Shown one piece after another: positions 12,601-26,883 of a stretch of 64,000 bases of DNA. Positions within the stretch are counted from its first letter, which is position 1. Every line of letters begins with the position of its first letter. The position numbers and the translations under genes are program-made. The DNA comes from Eledone cirrhosa (taxonomy: Eukaryota): positions 4,960,001 through 5,024,000 of the forward strand of contig OZ024757.1 of NCBI GenBank assembly GCA_964016885.1. Direction: 5' to 3'. The notes beneath the pieces are model-generated. The model ran no database searches and was not told the origin of the DNA. It saw only the letters and a program-made list of their open reading frames with translations.

Positions 12601-13498
12601 GGCGATAACCTTGCTCCGTATCTATTTATCATTGTTGTGGATTATGTTTTGCGCATGTCTGTGGATAGGATTCAGGATAGGGGATACCAACTACAGCCTA
12701 GGAGAAGCTCACGCTACCCAGCAAAATACTTGACCGACACCGACTTTGCTGACGACATCGCATTGATCAGTCGGTCACTGGAAAATGCTGAGAGTCTTTT
12801 GAAGTCATTAGAGCAAGCGTCCAACTGTGTTGGACTGTACCTCAACGAATCCAAGACTGAGTGTGTGAACAGATGCGCAAACAGCCCAAACTACCCCATC
12901 AGAACCCTTAATGGTACCACCCTTAAGCAGGTGGAAGATTACAATTATCTTGGCTCATATATCTCCTCCTCCAAAAAAGATTTTCTAACCAGGAAAGGTA
13001 TGGCATGGTCAGCGTGCAATGACATGCACGCCATATGGACATCTCAACTTACCAACAAGCTAAAACTGGAAATATTCCAAGCAACCCTTAAGCCCATATT
13101 ACTTTATGGATCCGAAACTTGGACACTAACATCACAACTTGAGAGGAGATTGGATGGCACATATACCCGCCTCTTAATGAGAGTGCAAAACCTATCCTGG
13201 AAACGACATCCCACCTTGTCTAAAATCTATGGCAAACTCCCTTGAGCCTCTGCCCTTCTAAAATCCCGGAGAGCTCAATTTGCTGGCCACTGTCACCGTG
13301 CCGGCAATGAAATCATATCCGCTCTCTTGCTCTGGAACCCTGACACCAGCCTGACTAGGAGGAGGAAGCTGTCATTCCCTGACGTTATTTCTAGGGATAC
13401 GGGAATCAGCAGACAGGACCTGGGGGCAGGGGATTCTGGGGCATGAGAGTGAGATGCATCATCTCGACAGTAGTCGACGAGTGATGATGTGTGATGAT
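9612..13498 (+). mobile_element. Near full-length RTE-X-like LINE (APE endonuclease + RT), disrupted
   Basis: APE motifs (SSLNTRTL, ILAVQEHR, IAGDLNA, IDY, SDHR) at 10357-11350. RT at 12076-13245 (NYRGISL, QNGFRRGRST, FVDFSKAF, GILQGD.LAP, DFADDIAL, LYGSETW). Premature stops and frameshifts. Flanked by TA repeats with a GAT-type tail. Confidence 0.9.
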
Positions 13499-13516
13499 AT
13501 ATATACATATATCTGA

Positions 13517-13580
13517 AGGGCGGTGCCCCAGCATGGCCTCAGCCAGATAGCTGGAACACGTAAAAGAGTAAAAGAATATA
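13517..13580 (+). mobile_element. SINE 3' tail fragment
   Basis: GGCGGTGCCCCAGCATGGCC...GTAAAAGAGTAAAAGAATA resembles cephalopod SINE 3' ends. Recognised from memory only. Confidence 0.45.
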
Positions 13581-13614
13581 ATACATACGTGTATATTCCT
13601 CTATTGTATTTATC

Positions 13615-14890
13615 CTCATCACAATTTAAACTCCAATTTACATGCTAGCATGGGTCAGACGAGTTGTCCTATTGTGTGAAAACTTAGATCAAATAACCCT
13701 GTCTTGCTCATGCAAGAAGCATTTCTGGTTGGATTGTACGGCAGGATGCCCTTCCTAACTCCAACCACATTTACAGGGTGGACTTGGTATTTATTGTTGT
13801 GTTGCTAACATGACCAACCTACAGGGTGGACTGGGTGCTTTTAGCTGCTCTTTGTCATGTCACCAATTTGAAGGGTGGTTCGGGTCCCTTCAGCCTTGCC
13901 ACTAGCATGACCACTTTACAGGGTGGGCTAGAGGCCTCCTGTCATGTCTACATCACTGGGTGAACTAGGTGCTTATTTGTCATGTCACCAGCATGACTAC
14001 CTTGCAGGGAGGGTTAGGTGCTCTTTTGTCATATTACCTAACAGAGAGGACTCTGTGTTCTTTTGTCATGACACTTGCATGACCACCTTACAGGAGTGTC
14101 CGAGGGCTTTTAGCCATTTAAGCAGCATTGGGGGAGAGCATGTTAAGCTTTCCATACTTGTATACATGGGTTGGTCAAAAAAGGTGTTTCAGATGTGAAA
14201 GTGGGGGTGGGGCTGTGTGTATGTAGGGTGGAGATTGGAGAGGTAGGTCAGGGTGGAGTACTTAGCTGGTAAGGGGGTGGAGTGTTAAGATGTGGGAGGA
14301 GGAAAATTAGAGCATACTTCAAACCACTAAATGTTGTGTCAACCCGTGGACATGGGAATGCAGGTCTCCTGCAGTACTGTATAACGCCAGAGATTTCAAT
14401 CCTGTGTCATCACCTTTGAGAGGTACAATGGTGTCAGGTAAGTTTTTACCTCCTCATCCCAAGCTTTCCTAGGTCTTCCTCTTCCATCAATTTTGAAGCA
14501 GTCAACCTTTTATACAGCATCTCTACCTTCATACACATCACATGTCCATACCACAGCAATCTCCTCTCCTGCATACTGTATCTTATCCCTCTCATCACCA
14601 GGTTCTCTCTCAGTTTATTTGTTCTTCATGTATAATATTACACATCCATCGGAGATTCAAGCTTCATTTCTATCCAATCTTGAGGTCATCACTGCAATGC
14701 AGCATTGCTGTTCATATACACACATCAAATTGATGAAACAACCTTGTGTAGCTAGTAGCAGTAGTAACACCCTAAACATCTGCCATCTTGTTCTTACTCT
14801 TGTTACTGTACTTTCAGAACACCTACCTCCACTGCTAATTTGGTCACCCAGGTAACAGAAACTGTCAACCAGCTACTTCTATGGAACCCT
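13615..14890 (-). mobile_element. Degraded RTE LINE 3' region
   Basis: Minus-strand remnants DSFCYLGDQISSGGRCSE and GRPRKAW, plus the GGATGCCCTTCCTAAC 3' motif. Confidence 0.65.
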
Positions 14891-15277
14891 TTAAATATTT
14901 GATAGAGCTTGTCTCCTAAAAGCGATTGCTTTTTACTGTTCCAGTGCAATGACCCCATGTAAAACATGCTTTCTTAGCTACCTTACTTTATCTCCTACTA
15001 AATCTCATAGTCTATTTAGAGTAAATAATGTTTCATACACATAACATGTATGTGTGACCATTGGTTTCCTATTCCATTTATGGCCACCACTGTTTAATGG
15101 GGGGAGGGGGGCATTTCCAAACAGACCCTTCATTAAGCATGCTGACAAATATTAAAAGGAAGTTCTTTCCTCCAACAATTTTCACCCCAAACAGAGGAGA
15201 GTTTCATATTGTCAAAAAGGGAGGTAAATCTTTAGTGGTGGAATTGTCAGGCTTAATTATATATGTAATTAGACATA

Positions 15278-15895
15278 CATAGAAGTGTTTGATAGCTTTT
15301 GCAATCTAGGTGACTTAATTAGCAGTGGAGGGGGCTGCTCTGAAAGATGAATAGCTAGAATAAGGATAGGATGGAAAAAGTTTAGAGAGCTACTGCAACA
15401 GTTGACCACAAAAGGTTTCTCTCTCTGTACAAAAGGACAACTGTATGACACATGTGGGTGATGTGCAATGATGCATGGTAACTAAACAAGGCTGTGACTG
15501 CAGAGGATATGTAGACTGGAGAAAAATGAAACAACCATGTTTTGTAGGATATGTTGTGAAGTGTGAGAGAAAGGCAGAGTTTGGACGAGTTCAAGAGTGA
15601 TCTGAAGTGGTGTGTAAGAGAGAAGACTGTGTTTGTACGACATGTGATGAACATGGATAATGACCGCTGGGTGATGAAGTGCCAGGAAATCCCAGTAGAA
15701 GGAAACCATAGTAGAGGAAGACCAAGAAAGACCTGGACAGAGGCTGTGTGAACTGACTGCAAAGAACTGACTCTCACAGAGGAGATGACAAAGGAACACG
15801 TCAAGTGGAAAGATGCCATGTTGAGAAGGACCTGTCCAACCCAAGGAAGCATAGAAAAACCGACATAAAAACAGTGATGATGTTGATGAAGATGA
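15278..15895 (+). mobile_element. RTE LINE 3' fragment downstream of ZNF-2
   Basis: RWVMKCQEIPVEGNHSRGRPRKTW ORF and GAT tail. Paralogous inverted copy at 55160-55700 downstream of ZNF-4. Confidence 0.75.
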
Positions 15896-16218
15896 CGTAC
15901 ATATACACACATCCATACACAAATAAATCAAACACAGATATGAACATACGTATATACAAACATAGATACAACATATACATGGACACAAATTTCTACACAC
16001 ATACAATCACATATATATAACGTGTGTAAATTCAGAATACAGTTTTGTCGGCAAAACTCTTGGTTACAACTTCTACAAATAAAATGAAAGGAGAAGAATT
16101 TCTTAGTAAAACAGTTTTATTCAAGATATTAACAACATTGGTGGCACTATTTTGGGTGAGTGACATGGTTTTCATCTTGTCTAATTGTGTTGCATTAAAT
16201 CATCTTTAGAAGAGAACA

Positions 16219-16660
16219 ATTTACCACAGACATCACAGTGATATGGTTCCTCTCCTGTATATGTTAGTCTGTAGTGAAGTCACAACATTTAGAGAAGCAT
16301 TTACCACAGACATCACAGTGATATGGTTCCTCTCCTGTAGATGTTAGTGTCTAGTGAAGTCACAGAATTTAGAGAAGCATTTACCACCGACATCACAGTG
16401 ATATGGTTCCTCTCCTCTAGATGTTAGTGTGTAGTGAAGTCACAGCATTTAGAGAAGCATTTACCACAGACATGACAGTGATATGGTTCCTCTCCTGTAG
16501 ATGTTAGTGTCTAATGAAGTCACAGAATTTAGAGAAGCATTTACCACACACATCACAGTGATATGGTTCCTCTCCTGGAGATGTTAGTGTCTAGTGAAGT
16601 CACAACATTTAGAGAAAGATTTACCAAATATATCAAAGTGATATGGCTTGCCAGCTGTAT
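16219..16660 (-). repeat. 80-bp tandem repeat derived from zinc-finger coding units (ZNF-2 3' region)
   Basis: ATTTACCAC recurs at 16219, 16299, 16379, 16459, 16539, 16619. The unit retains CCATATCACTGTGATGTCTGTGGTAAA (PYHCDVCGK). Confidence 0.85.
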
Positions 16661-16780
16661 GTATATGTTTGTGTGTAACATTCAAAGAAAATGGTTTCTC
16701 TCAGATGTCACAATGATATGTATTTATATTTTCATTAATTCACAAATTTGAGGGAATGATTTATTTCTGATGTCAATGCA

Positions 16781-18088
<1,308 letters not shown>

Positions 18089-19084
18089 AATTATTCCTTC
18101 TTCAACAGAATATACAGATGTTTTCCTTGTAATTTTTTTTATATTATATTTCTTATAAAATATTTCTTCTATATTTCCCTCAACTATATTTCAGTAAACA
18201 CCTGAAGATAATACAAACTTCTTTTCCATCCAAGTTTAGTTAAAATACAAAATCATCTGATAGTGAAGAAAATAAACTCAGTTTTGAGGAAATATTTCAC
18301 AGTAATATTACGAGAGATTTATATAAACAGTGTTATGTAAGTTCTGCTTAGAATGTTTTAGTCTTAAAATGATGATAAATAGAGGTGATGTATCCAAGAT
18401 TGAAAATAATAATTTATCCCAATGTCATCTGATATTCTGAAATAAGAAAGAAACAGTATGAGATAATACAGAATACTTTAGAAGCAGAGAAAGATTTAAC
18501 AGTGGAAATTTTATATTTCTATATTGGTAAATTGTAGACTACCTTGAGTAGAAGATTATGGAAGTTAAAGGACCCCATAGCCAGTGACGAATTTAAAAGC
18601 CTATTACTTGATGCCTTTGACAATAAGGAAGATCAATTAGAGACATGCAATATAGAGGAACAGTGGCAATCCTTGAAAGTGAACCTGCTGAAAGCAACAG
18701 TCGGTAGGCACCTCTAACAAAATACACCCCCACTCCATCCACACCACCCCCTTAAATGTGAAGTTATGTTGGTACCACAACATCCAGTCCGAAACAAATG
18801 AGGTCGTGTAGGTGTCACGACAAAAAAAAAACACACAGTCCACGCTGTAATGTGGTCGTGTAGGTAACACGGTAAAAACCTCCCAGCCCACACTGCAAAC
18901 GTGGTTGGTGTTAGGAAGGGCATCCAGCCGTAGAAAACCCACCAGACAGTCCTATGCGAGGAAGATAACCATTCTTGCCTCAAGTGAGAAAACTCCCGTC
19001 CAAACCCATACTAGCGTGGAAGATGGACGTTAAACGATGATGATGATGATGTATATATACACTGTGTACAGTATATATAATACC

Positions 19085-19259
19085 CTATATATGTTGTCCA
19101 AGAGAAAGGCTATGGCCGATACAGCTTGGCACTTGTGACATCACAACATATATATACACTATATATATTATACAGTATATATACACTATATATATGTCCA
19201 AGGGAAAGGTAATGGCTGACACAGCTTGGCACCAGTGACATCACAACATATATATACAC

Positions 19260-19291
<32 letters not shown>

Positions 19292-19512
19292 TACACTGTG
19301 TACAATTTCTATCATACACTATATATGTTGTCCAAGGGAAATGTAATGGCTGATATAGCTTGGCACCAGTGACATCACAACATATATATACGCTATATAT
19401 ATATACATATATATACACTGTGTACAATATATATTATACACTATATATGTTGTGCAAGGGAAAGGCAATGGCTGACACAGCTTGGCACCAGTGACATCAC
19501 AACATATATATG
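19085..19512. repeat. ~60-bp conserved repeat x4 separated by TA-rich spacers
   Basis: TGTCCAAGGGAAAGG.AATGGCTGA.ACAGCTTGGCACCAGTGACATCACAACA at about 19095, 19195, 19330, 19450. Two more copies at 22149-22328. Confidence 0.85.
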
Positions 19513-19939
19513 TAACTTATATCCCAGACTTCCATAGATTATTTCTATTCTACAGCTATCTCTCTTCCCCAGTTTCAAAATGTTCTGTTTACATTATTAT
19601 TATTATCATTCACTTGTTTCCACAACGTATATACTTCGACCTTGTTTTTGATATAAACCATGTTGGACATTGTCTCTTTCTCTACAAACTCATCCCTAAC
19701 CCCCGCCATTACCCCCCCCCCCCCTTCTCTCACTCATTCATTTCGGTGTTTACGAAGCTAGGTGACCATCTTCGAAATTCTTGCATACTTGCCTTGTATA
19801 ATATGTCTACTTATATCTGCTTATATCCCCCAAATCTCCTGTGATGATATATGTCATGATGGCTACCTATCTCACAATTTCCCACCCCTCACCATAGGCT
19901 ATTTGACCAATCAAACCTCAGAAACATGTCCTTACCCAT

Positions 19940-20362
19940 TACTACCCCAACAAACTCTGCCATTACTACTACTGTCCTTCTAACCGTTACTAGCCCCAAC
20001 AAACTCTGCCATTACTACTACTGTCCTTCTAGCCCTTACCAGCCCCAACAAACTCTGCCATTACTACTAGTCCTTCTAGACCTTACCAGCCCCAACAAAC
20101 TCTGCTATTATTACTACTGTCCTTCTAGCCCTTACCAGCCCCAACAAACTCTGCCATTACTACTACTGGCCTTCTAGCCCTTACTAGCCCCAACAAACTC
20201 TGCCATTACTACTACTGTCCTTCTAGCCCTTACCAGCCCCAACAAACTCTGCCATTACTACTACTGGCCTTCTAGCCCTTACCAGCCCCAACAAACTCTG
20301 GTCTTCTAGACCTTACCAGCCCCAACAAACTCTGCCACTACTACTACTGTCCTTCTAGCCCT
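19940..20362. repeat. ~45-49-bp minisatellite, about 9 copies
   Basis: Unit CTTACCAGCCCCAACAAACTCTGCCATTACTACTACTGTCCTTCTAGCC. Confidence 0.9.
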
Positions 20363-20554
20363 GCACCAAAGAATTCTTGATTACTGTTATGTAATGGAGG
20401 AGCAAAGGATAACTGGAACAACCCCGAATAAATAAATGAATATGAATCCGCGAGTTACCGAGCACCCATGCGAAGCTTTAATTCAGAGACAGGAAGCATA
20501 CACACTCCCCTTCAAAAATTCCCCCTTTCCCACAAATGATGGCAAATGTCCAAA

Positions 20555-22095
20555 ACTCTACAGTTTGAACCATCAACATAAGCACAATGAAAGGAAGGGC
20601 AGGAGAAATTATAGACATGCTAGAGTGAAAGGATATTGACGTATGCTCTGGGCAAGAGACTAGATGGAGAGAAGAGTCCACTAGAGTCCTTGTAGGCAAA
20701 AGTTAGTGCTATAAATTTTTCTGGGTGGGAAATGACAATGGGATGGGTGGTGTAGATATACTATTAGCTGACAAATGGGTAGATAAAGTAATAACCACAC
20801 ATATTGTTAACCAGGTAATACTATAGGGTGTCATACCAAAGGATTGGTGCAGCAGCATCATCGTCAACTGCTACAAGGGTAAAGGAGATGCACTAGATAG
20901 AATAAACTATAGATGTATAAAGCTGATGGACCAGGTCATGAAAGTAATGGAAAAAGTCATAGCACAGTTGATCAGGGACTGGGTAAAACTAGGTGAGATG
21001 CAGTTTGGGCTTGGGCCAGGAAAAAGCACCACTGATGCCCTCTTCCTTGTGAGGCAGTTACAAGTAAAGTACCTAGCTAAAAGCAAGCTGCTCTCCCTGG
21101 CTCTTGTCGATATGGAAAAAGTCTTCAACAGAGTGCTCTGTGCTATAATCTGGTGGGCTCTTAGAAAACTAGGAGTAGATTAGTGGCTTGTGAAAGCTGT
21201 ACAAGCCATGTATAGGGACATGTTAGTAAAGTTAGGCTTAACAATTACTATAGCGAGGAATTTAACATACAAGTCGGTGTCTACCAGGGCTCTGTTCTTA
21301 GCCTTCTCCTGTTTATAATAGTATTGCAGGCTATAACAGAGGAGTTTAAGACCTGATGCCCATAGGAATTCCTATATGTGGATGATCTTACACTTATAGC
21401 TGAATCTATGGCAGAACTAAAGAAACAAGCACCACCAAACTCTGGGAGAGCTCTGTAGAAACAATAGACAGCTTTTGCTACCTAGGTGACCGAATAAGCA
21501 ACGGAGATGGGTGTTCTGAAAGTACAGTAACCAGGGTAACAACGGGATTGAAGAAGTTCAGGGAGCTACTGCCACTGCTAGCTGCAAAAGGCTTTTCCCT
21601 CAAAATGAAAGGCAGACTGTATCATGCGTGCATATGAACAGCAATGTTACATGGTAGTGAGACCTGGGCGCTGTTTGTAGAAGACTTGCGTAGATTAGAA
21701 AGAAACGAAGCTTGCATGCTCCGATGGATGTGTAATAGTAATATACGTGAACGGCAAAGCATTAACAAATTGAGAGAGAGACTGAGCATAAGAGGAATCA
21801 AATGCTGTGTGCAGCAGAGGAGGTTGTGTTGTAGCCCCTGGGTACAAGCCGAAGCACATAGACAATATGCCCCCAACCCCTCCCACTGTAAAGTGGCCGT
21901 GGAGGTGTCACAACAAAAAAGCACCCATCACTCACTGTGAGGTTGGTGTTAGGAAGGGCATCCAGCTGTAGAAATCAAGCCAAAATCGGTTCCCATCTAA
22001 GCAAGACAAGGTCACCCCACCTGGCACTGCCCACAACAGGACAACCTGTCTAACCCATACTACCGTGGAAGAAGGGACGTAAAACAGTGATGATG
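20555..22095 (+). mobile_element. Internally deleted RTE LINE (APE start, RT, C-terminus)
   Basis: APE remnants (NISTMKGRAGEI, QETRWR, FFWVGNDNGMGGV), then MQFGLGPGKSTTDA, LYVDDL, MLHGSETW and a GAT tail. Confidence 0.85.
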
Positions 22096-22329
22096 ATATA
22101 CATATATATACACTATATATATTATACAGTATCTATACAAGATATATATGTCCAAGAGAAAGGCTATGGCCGATACAGCTTGGGACTAGTAACATCACAA
22201 CATATATATACTATATATATTATACAGTATATATACACTATATATATTATACAGTATATATACACTATATATATGTCCAAGGGAAAGGTTATGGCCGATA
22301 CAGCTTGGCACTAGTGACATCACAACTCA

Positions 22330-22460
22330 TTTCTACAGCTGAGTAAACTGGAGCAACGTGAAATAAAGTGTCTTGCTCAAGGACACAACACAACACCCTG
22401 TCCGAGAAACGAACTCACCACCTTTTAATTGTAAGCCCAATGCTCTAACCACTAAGCCAG
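22330..22460 (-). mobile_element. tRNA-derived SINE (family B)
   Basis: Minus strand: TGGCTTAGTGG A-box, GAGTTCGTTTC B-box, CCTTGAGCAAGACAC body. Confidence 0.75.
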
Positions 22461-23048
22461 GATACGTTCCAGAAAAACTACCGAGATATAGAGAGACCAT
22501 AAAGACAACCGTTGTTTTCATAGTTTAAGCCTTAAAATACCTCTCATACATGCTTTAAGTACATATAAACTCATTAAAACACACTTTTGTATTTAAACAC
22601 CAAAAACAGCCAGTAACGATCGTATAGAAACTACCACCAACTATCATACCACTAGTTACCAATGAGGACCATTGCCAGCCACGGTAGCCACTTGGTAATA
22701 CACTGTACATCTCCCGTCAATCTATGAAGGGTTTGTAGTAGATTAGAGCAAAACACAATCAGTAAAACAATAATGGAATTAAAAATATAAACATTTGTTC
22801 ATAATTAAAGCCTTAAGATGTCCCTTCCTTACGATATACACTTTAATAACGTTGAAATTTATTTAATAAGTTTAAAATTTAAACACTTTTTATTCAGACG
22901 TACCGCGATAAGAAATTAGATATGTTCTAACGAATAATCCGCGATGTGGCGAGGATTACCGCGATAGGAAATTAGATACGTTCCAAAGAGATATCCGCGA
23001 TGTAACGGGACCGCGAAAAGTGAACCGCGATATAGCGGGGGATTACTG
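22461..23048. mobile_element. Tc1/mariner (pogo/Tigger-like) non-autonomous element, right TIR only
   Basis: Ends ...CCGCGATATAGCGGGGGATTACTG|TA with internal CCGCGA repeats. No left TIR found. Confidence 0.5.
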
Positions 23049-23102
23049 TATATATACACACACAACATACATCTACCTATATACACTCATAACATATATT
23101 TC

Positions 23103-23724
23103 GGCAGTGTCATGGTATTAGCTGTCAGAAGTGAAAGTAGGAGAAGGTGACGTCATTCGTCAACCTTCTTAATCCTTTATTTCCGTATCACTATTCCCTT
23201 TATTTATGTTTAGGATTTTCTAAGAGATACGTTTACGATGAGATACACTTATTAAAAAATAATATGGGGACCAAATAACCCCGTAATTTTCGAGAGAAAG
23301 GATAATATACAATTTATTTAACATGTGCATTAAAAACTACACTAGCTGTTACAATTGTAATTGACGTGTAAGAACTTAAACGAAAATATAGGTGGCCCTT
23401 AAAAGGGCCGGTGTTGAACTTAAATTTGTTTTCTAATTTGATAACCATGACTTGTTTCAACACCGGCCCTTTTAAGGGCCACCTATATTTTCATTTAAGT
23501 CCTTACACGTTAATTACACGTTAATTAACAGCTAGTGTAGTTTTTAATGCACATGTTAAATAAGATTGTATATTATCGTTTCTCTCGAAAATTACGGGGT
23601 TATTTGGTACCCATAAATAAAATCATAAACATAAATAAAGGGAATAGTGATACGGAAATAAAGGATTGAGAAGGTTGACGACTGATGTCACCTTCTTTCT
23701 GACAGCTAATACCACGACAGTGCC
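23103..23724. mobile_element. Foldback MITE with ~300-bp arms carrying histone 3' stem-loop motifs
   Basis: Termini GGCAGTGTCATGGTATTAGCTGTCAG / CTGACAGCTAATACCACGACAGTGCC. Arms pair almost to the centre (about 23420-23455). Related copy at 37604-38065. Confidence 0.85.
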
Positions 23725-24082
23725 CTTTATTTCTATATCTTACATTAAAATGTTGACTGAGGGTGTGACAACTGTTTCTTGTTTGAGGTTGTTCCAGGGG
23801 TTGAAATATAGACGGAGGTAATTTAAATAATAAAGACAGTCATGATAACAATATATTTTATATCACATGTAACAGTGGAATCTGATGATTGAAAAATATC
23901 ACATCAACATTTCAGTTTGGAAGTTTCTTTTCTATATATAAAAGTTGAGGAAGAAATATATTTTTCTAATGTTGTTATATATATTTTCACTTGTATATAA
24001 TTACTGGGTCGTTGTAGGGTTCACATAATTATATTATTTACACACATTAATATAGACATTAAGTAAATCTTTGTCAACTTAC

Positions 24083-24279
24083 CTCCTTCACATATAATCA
24101 ATGTGTTGTGTTGTTAGTTGTTACTAAACAACCAAAGAAATAATCTTTGTTATCAAATTAGAAGTTTCAATGTTATCAGCTTTATTTCACGACATTAACG
24201 TTGGTGTATCTTCTTCATCTTTAGTCATAAGTTGATATCTTGTCAGAATGAAGTAGTGAGGCTGACTTTATGTCTTTAG
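24083..24279 (-). other. Predicted non-coding 5' exon of ZNF-2 (module 23805-24745)
   Basis: Paralog of 6047-6245 with intact AG and GTAAGT sites. Confidence 0.6.
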
Positions 24280-26486
24280 CTACAGATTTGATAGGAAATA
24301 TACATATATTAGGTTGATATGTGGTCTAAAATATATATATTGTCTATAAATGACTGATATCAGATGTTCTGGTGAAATAGTAGTTTTACTACTACAGATT
24401 GTAATGGAACTCTTAGTAGACACAATTGTAAAGTAAGAATAGATATGACAGTGTAAGACTGATGTCGGGGAATTAAAATTGTATATATATATATAATTGT
24501 TACACAAGATATAATTAGATTAATTAAAGTTATAGTAAACAGCAAGTACACGGTGTCGTTGGAAATGATTTAACTCCCTTACCGGTGTCATACGATAACA
24601 GTCCCTGATATAATTTAATGTATTCAGACACACTTCCAATCGTATTTAATCCATGGCAAATCAAAAAGTATCACTCAGTAAAATATCAATTATATATCTA
24701 CGTAGTCTCGTACCCTGCTAGAAATAGCAGTGAAATTATCCATTACAGATTCTTCTTTAAACTCTTACGTTTAGTTAAACAATCAACACAGCAAGTCTTT
24801 TGTTCAGACTTCAGAATAAGCTCGAAAACCGCCAGAATATCATTCTTCTTCTTGCTATATATATATATATATATATACATGCACACACACCATATATACA
24901 GGGAAATTCCGTTATAAAGAAATTCATGGAGTATAAAGATAATTCGTTGTAACGCAAATTCTTTATAACCGAATCAAATCGTTTGTTTGTTGTTCAATTG
25001 TATTCTAGTTATGGTGTTTCACATGGAACCTTATATATATAACACAGAGAAGTATAAAGTCCAAGTGAAAATATAAGACAACATATAATCTAATAAGAAG
25101 GTTAAAGAAAAGAAGGAAAAACAAGTGAAATGAAAGAGAATGTTGAAAGGAAAAGGTAGAAAAGAATCATTGAAATAATTATTCTACAAAGTGTTCTGTC
25201 TCATTTAGAAAGTGTTTTCTATGTTGGCCAGCTAAAATCTTCCCTCACTCAATTGTATCAAGTTCATTAGTTAATCCTAACTTTCCTGTAAAAAATTACT
25301 GATTTCAACAACAACTTTTTGGCTAAAATCACTAACAATGACAAATATGTTTGTTTCGAGAGAAGGAGTGAACACCTCTATGTGGTTACTTGACCTGTTG
25401 GATATAGCAGCCAAATTTCTTTCAGGTCACATACCTTCTTGAATTGGGAAGGGACTGTTTGGTGGGCTGCTTTAAGCCCCAGTTTAAAGTCTATAGGGAA
25501 CTAAAAGGGGGTTAGTTCCCTCATGAAATATATATCAGGATTGAGTATCCAAGTTTCATTTTGACATTTTATTCGTAATCACGCGTAACACGTGTTTCGT
25601 GAATGTATTATATTTATTTCTCCTCCACTGTTTTTGATACATCTCAAAATTCTGTCTAGGCAGCCGTTGCTGCCGGACGGGTTTTTTAGGGCTCCCCTTA
25701 AGTCAACATAAGCAACACATACAACCATGTGCGACTACCCACCAAAAACAAGAAATCAATCACTGAAATATTGACTTAAATAGTCCTTACAAACCTAAGG
25801 TAACACATCAAAAAGACTAATTAGCCTTACCAGGACGAAAGTTAGGACATTCCACAATTTATTACTCATCTGAACGTTATCTCCATAATTATGTGGTTGG
25901 TACCAGTACATCTCTCAACAAGATTTCTAGTGTTAACCTGGCTTCCACACACTGAAGCATTAACACTGCAGTAACTCAACCACTCTTACAACACGTGGGT
26001 TGTATTTACAAGCAAAAGAAAAGAAAACACGGAAAATTAATTCAAATACAAACAAAAAGAAAGATCTATCGCCTTGCTTCTCCATATTTGTATTGAAGAT
26101 TCTCATCCAACATCTGCTAACACAATAAGTTAGTTTCAGAAGCCCCAAGTTCGAGCAGTGATTCGGTAATCTTGGTAAAGTTAAACCTACATAAGTAGAT
26201 ATAATTCAGATTAAGGGTCAGACCTGCTTTTATGAGGTGTAGTAAGAGACAACAATATATGGAAGGAGGAGAAGTGAGAGAGATATAAAGACAAAACTGT
26301 GTTAATTCTCTCTCCCCCTCTCTTCTTTTACTCTATCTACCTCTTATGTCTCCATTTCACTGTTTTATTTCCTAATTCCACTTAATTCCATTAAATATTA
26401 AATCTTGGTCGAAATAAAGATTTTCATCTGTGACGATCTGTACAACCAATAATAGTAGGAGTCACGTTACATGATATGTATATATA

Positions 26487-26565
26487 CAGGGTGTCCCTAA
26501 AATATGTATACACATTTACATAGACTATAGTTGAAGTGTGTATACATTTTGTGGGGGAGACCCTG
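26487..26565. mobile_element. 79-bp Tc1/mariner mini-MITE with TA TSD
   Basis: TA|CAGGGTGTCCC..ATGTATACACA ... TGTGTATACAT..GGGAGACCCTG|TA. Confidence 0.7.
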
Positions 26566-26639
26566 TATATATTTTATATATACATATATATATTAAAAGG
26601 TGATTGATATATAACTATAAACATATATATATATATATA

Positions 26640-26883
26640 TTTCGTTTCTGAATTTGTTTAGCAAGATTCTTTATCTGAAAACGTGTGTTGAAGCCGATAT
26701 TGTTATACTTTGGGAGGGTCATGTTGCCAATAAGAAACACACGCACCAGTTGTTTCACTTCAATTTATTATAATAAATTTATAAATTTAGGAATTTATAA
26801 ATTTCCGGTTGGTTGGTTCCACAACCAGATGACTGTTTATATATTGTCAAAGTTCTTTCGTCACACATTCTGTGACCTCTTCA
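26640..26883 (-). mobile_element. Solo Penelope pseudo-LTR fragment in a (TA)n tract
   Basis: Reverse complement of 50769-51034. Starts within the hammerhead core (UGAAGA). Confidence 0.8.

Noticed and set aside
19085-19512. CRISPR-like repeat-spacer array
   Set aside because: Eukaryotic context, repeats about 60 bp, spacers are related TA microsatellites, no cas genes.
23380-23500. Histone gene or pseudogene
   Set aside because: Only the stem-loop is present. No histone-like ORF on either strand nearby.
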